Assembly (NCBI GenBank): GCA_004764695.1
Contig: SMSO01000005.1
Location: forward strand, 248,001 to 312,000
DNA: 64,000 bases
DNA from: Schizochytrium sp. TIO01
Lineage: Eukaryota; Protista; Bigyra: Labyrinthulomycetes
Direction of reading: 5' to 3'
Below are positions 59,796-64,000 of this stretch, one piece after another; the first letter of the stretch is position 1, and every line of letters begins with the position of its first letter. Under the pieces are notes generated by a model that saw only the letters and a program-made list of their open reading frames with translations, was not told the origin of the DNA and ran no database searches. Made by a program: the position numbers and the translations under genes.

Positions 59796-61258
59796 CGCGC
59801 GTGCAGAACGTGCAGAACATGTAGTCCTGTTTGCTAGTGGCAATGAATTTTTCCATTTAGAAAATCAGAAAATCGCATGGTTCGTGGGGAGTGGAAACAA
59901 AAGTAAAGTGCTAACTTCTATTTTTTCACACTGTGTTTCTTATAAAACAATTCGCACTTCCAACGAGAAAGAGGAATTTCATCAATAGGAAAGCTCTACA
60001 GTGTTTAAAAAAATATATTTATTATTAAAAACTCTTAGAAGGTGTGTAAAACAAACAAACAAACAAACAAAAACAGGTACGATTGTAATGAAGGGTAATT
60101 TCAGATTTTATTAAAGAATGGACTATTATCAATATTGAAAAAAATGAAAAAAAAAATTATATTTTAAAGCGAGAGAAAATGATGAAACCAAAACTCCACT
60201 TGGGTTGTAAAATAGTCTTGCTGCCATGTTTTCTTCGTTGTAGAAATTGGATGTAAAGTTTGCGCAACAAGGTATATCATTACATTCTTTTGAAATTCTG
60301 AACTGAAGGAACTGCTCAGTTTGCATAAGGTTGCAAACTGGCGTTAGTTTGTTGTAATAATTAATGTCATGGAGCGCAGACCCAGATATAAAAGAAACGG
60401 CCGCTGGGTGTGTTGGAATAAAGCAATAGCCAAAAGTGGAAAAGGGGCTATGGGACTTGGAAATGGCCACTCAGTCTCGCGTGATTTTCGGCGAGTTAAG
60501 AGCTCATCTTGGCAGTGAAATTGTAAAGTTAAGCCCTGCTTTTCGCTCAGCAAGTAGCTTCAGGATGGTCGAGATGTATTAATTCAGCTTTCAGGACGAA
60601 TTGCTCTAGAGCATGTAATTGTCAACTTGGAGCTTCGCATTAATGTAGAAACTATGTTCTATTGTTCATGAAAAGACGGATAATGATATAATGTATTTAG
60701 AGGAGGCTAACTAACTTGTAAGTCCCCTTGAATTTCGCGCGTGCAAATTCACGCTTAGTTTGACGTTAATGGCAACTGGATATTAAATTTTACATTTGCA
60801 GCTCGACTTTACTAGTGAATCATTGTTCTCTTCAGAATCCATCGCCTGAATTCTTAAGGATAAAGCCTGTCAATACTGGAATAATCACACGCCAGGGTTT
60901 TGGGTGTAAAGACGAATCAAGGCAGTATATTCTGGCAAGAGCCCTATATGATTGTAATGTAAGCCTTCTCACAGACATACAGACGTACGTACGCGCGTGC
61001 AAGCCAAGGAAATGAGACTCGCTTCTGGAAGCTATATTTCTTACCAGTAGTCGTAAAGTTTGCAACGTTTGCTACCTAGGCAAGCTTAAATGTCTAACAC
61101 AGTCAAGTTACTGACTGTAGTGCTGCCTATCATCCATTCAAATCTCCTTTGCTATAGCCACAGATCATGCGAGTCTTACACAATCGGCCCCCATCTCATT
61201 TATGTAGGCATCTCTACACGCTTAATGCAAAGACTATGGGCGATTTCTCGCGCGTGCA
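59796..61258 (+). promoter_or_regulatory. Cluster of four exact CGCGCGTGCA motifs, candidate cis-regulatory module
   Basis: Exact copies at 59796, 60736, 60992 and 61249, same strand, in an AT-rich spacer upstream of sugar porter 4. Function is inferred. Confidence 0.4.
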
Positions 61259-63383
61259 CAACTCTTCCTGAAGCCTTTCTCGTCCCGCCAGCTCGGCAGT
61301 CTGAATTTCGTCTCCAAAGATAAAGAATGAAATTATATACTTTTCGCTTTTAAACTAAGTTTCAACATCCTCAAATGCGAAAGCCGTCGGAGGGAGCGAG
61401 GCTGCTTTCCTACCATCACGTTTTCCGAGCTTGATGTCAGAGCTGTGCTATAACACTTACCGAAACATATGCATTTATATGTATTACATGAACAAAGTTC
61501 TCTTGGCTTCGGCACACGAACATTTTTGGCTTCGCCCGAGGCCGACGAATCACCGAGCAGGCTCAAGCCTGAGCCAAGTTCAATAGCTCTGACCACTTAC
61601 AGGGACGCTATCTTTGCGGATCGCGACTCCAAATTTGTCTCCACGCGAGCCACCGTGGTCAAAAGCTATGCCCACGCCTCGGACTTTTCAAGCATTACCA
61701 AGCACGAAATTCACCTGGCCCTGCCGATCAGTCTCCGTTGACCTATTTCAGAACGTGCCTGGCTTAATAGAGTCTGATAAATTCACAACAGACACCACTT
61801 AACTACTTTTCAATTCCTGTCTTCGGATTCAGACTGCTCGCAAGTACGCACGCCAACTTGAAGCTTCTTTCTTGCTGCCTTGTCCGAGCCTGCCCTAAAT
61901 TTGCATGCCTCCCGTCAAAAAAGCAATCCTCGTGCTCTCATTTTTCTTTCTCATTATTCTTTTTGCCTTTGCTCTCCTTTTATCTTACCAATTCTCTTTC
62001 CTTAACTTCTAAATAAATCATGATACGGCAAGAAACAATCATGATCTTAAGAAAAATGCTTTGATTAATTAATTGTAAAAATTTCATCTAGGGAATAGTT
62101 ATTATATATATGTGTTTAATTTTTTATTTCATATATGAGCGCTATCATATCAGGCTTTTTTTATATTTTTAATTTTAGAGTGTTTATTAGTTTGAAAGTA
62201 GATGAATGTTAAAGAATCTAGGTTTCTTTTCCTTTTCGGCATTTCGAAAGGGACACCGTACAGAGGTACCAGCTGGACCACTAGACCGTTTCCAAGGCGC
62301 ACTTTGCTTTCAAGGTTTGATAGAATCAGTGGTTTCTAAAACTAGTGCACGCCCCAACAGCTAATGGTACTTCGCCTTGCTGGATGGACCTGCTTTAGCA
62401 TTTTAGACTGTGGCAGTGTCCTTAAGCGATCATGGTCTGAGTTTAGTAGAATAAAGCTGTGTTTTTATCATAGTGAAATAATTGGAGCGTTGGCAGAGGA
62501 AAGAAAAGGAAAACTTCTTTGATCATTTGAAGATTGGGAGGTGGAGCAGCTCCATTTTGGATTCCACTCTGTATATCAAGTGAGTGAAAATAGGGGTGGT
62601 AAACAATTCAATACGGTAATACAGTGGAAAGTGATCGGATGGGAATCCAGAAAAGGGATGGCAGCTCACGGCTAAACTTTTTATAAAAGGAAAGTGTGAA
62701 AGCTATCTCCTCAATATATACATAAATAAAATAAGGTGTTTTTCTAATTATTTATTTATTTATTTATTTATTTTTTACGGAGAGAAAAAGTCAAAACTAT
62801 GAACGTGCTATGGACCTCTAGCTCTGAACAAAATTTGAAGATCGTCTGCCAGCTCCCGTGCAGAGATAAGTTTAGTAGTGAAAATTTAATTGAACTCACT
62901 GCCTTTCAAGCGCACTGCAGAGGTGTTGTGCTCAGCTTCTCCAGCGACAACTTCGTTTATAGTTAATTGTTCACTATGAAGTGGCAAGGCGGTCACTAAG
63001 ACTTTTTTTTAAACTTAGAAATTTATATAAATTTGTCATTGGCCATCTCGCACTTTCTAAGATCCAGCTATATATGATTAGGAAGGTACCAAGTATGTGT
63101 TGCCATTCTTAGCAATGGAAGTAAGAGATTTTACTAATCATAAACTCAAAACAAAGAGAATAGATTGTTTGAACAACTAGCATACATATATTCTTACAAG
63201 GAATCGTGTCTTGAAAAAAACAAATCGCAGCTGCTGCAATCCCGAAGCAAAACCCCAACCAAAGCAAACCCCAAACCTGCTGGCAGTCAAGCCAAGCCAA
63301 GCCAAACCCAAAACAAACCGACTATCTCCGGTATTTCTGCCTGCTGCAAACAAAAGCTTTCGCCTTTGGTCTAATAGAACAAC

Positions 63384-64000
63384 ATGGGCAAAGAAGACGG
63401 CCGTGTGGCTGTTGCCATTGCTGATGGCGATGACACCATGAACGCCCCGGAGCGTAAGTTGAATGCTTTCACCGTCATGCTCCTTTTGGTTGCCATCTGT
63501 GGTGGTCTAGTCTTTGGTCTCGATATTGGAACCACGGCTACTACCTCGATGAACCCTTTCCGCGAGACCATGGGCATCCCTGTACTTCAGACTGGCCAGA
63601 AGGATTCCGAAGAGACTACCAAGCAAATCAACCAGTTCACCTATATCTTCCATGCCTCTTGCCTTGTCGGTGCCCCCTTCGCTGGCGCTCTCTCTGACCG
63701 ATATGGCCGTAAGCCTATTCTTATCGCTGCCTCCACTATCTTCATGATCGGTGCCTTCTGGCAGTCCGTCGCTGGCCTGATCTCTACCTCTTTTGCCTGG
63801 AAGTCTATCATCATTGGCCGTGCCTTTGGTGGCATTGGTCTTGGTTTCTTCTTGACCATGGCACCTGTGTACACTGCTGAGCTTATGCCAGCCAAGTGGC
63901 GTGGTAAGGCTATCACTATTTTCCAGCTCTCCATCACTATTGGCATCTTCATCATGGCTTTGTACAACAACTTTATGTCGGAGTACTGGGGTTGGCGTCT
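63384..64000 (+). CDS. MFS sugar porter, paralogue 4 (5' part; runs off the window)
   Basis: Hand translation from ATG 63384: MGKEDGRVAVAIADGDDTMNAPERKLNAFTVMLLLVAICGGLVFGLDIG...SDRYGRKP. Missing from the ORF track because there is no stop in the window. Confidence 0.93.
   Translation, partial: MGKEDGRVAVAIADGDDTMNAPERKLNAFTVMLLLVAICGGLVFGLDIGTTATTSMNPFRETMGIPVLQTGQKDSEETTKQINQFTYIFHASCLVGAPFAGALSDRYGRKPILIAASTIFMIGAFWQSVAGLISTSFAWKSIIIGRAFGGIGLGFFLTMAPVYTAELMPAKWRGKAITIFQLSITIGIFIMALYNNFMSEYWGWR

Noticed and set aside
52658-61560. Shared 19-nt string gccg(g/a)cgaatc(g/a)ccgagca at ~52658 and ~61540
   Set aside because: The similarity does not clearly extend on either side and could be chance.

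Overview
Eukaryotic genomic DNA. The mostly intronless genes and the LRR-ROCO gene content suggest a stramenopile protist, possibly a labyrinthulomycete or thraustochytrid, but the taxon is inference only. The first ~21.7 kb holds two tandem paralogues of an LRR-ROC-COR-TIR (ROCO) gene. Their LRR regions look like a ~480-bp satellite and the ORF track reads them as nonsense. They are in fact arrays of 84-nt, phase-2/phase-2 exons, each encoding one 28-aa LRR (xLxxNxIGxEGAKALAAALKENQSLTSL), separated by near-identical GT-AG introns of roughly 350-520 nt. Copy A has at least 18 LRR exons and copy B has 5. Variation concentrates in the few codons flanking the splice junctions, which encode the exposed LRR beta-strand. 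This fits a recombination- or splicing-diversified intracellular immune receptor with a TIR output domain. The two copies carry complementary lesions: A has stops just before and inside ROC, and B has a stop plus frameshift in TIR. The rest of the window contains a WDR83/MORG1-like pseudogene, a frameshifted TPLATE/adaptin-like gene, a geranylgeranyl-reductase-family enzyme fused to a diflavin reductase, a tubulin-tyrosine-ligase-like gene and four tandem sugar-porter MFS paralogues with long spacers. One spacer carries a cluster of a repeated 10-bp motif.
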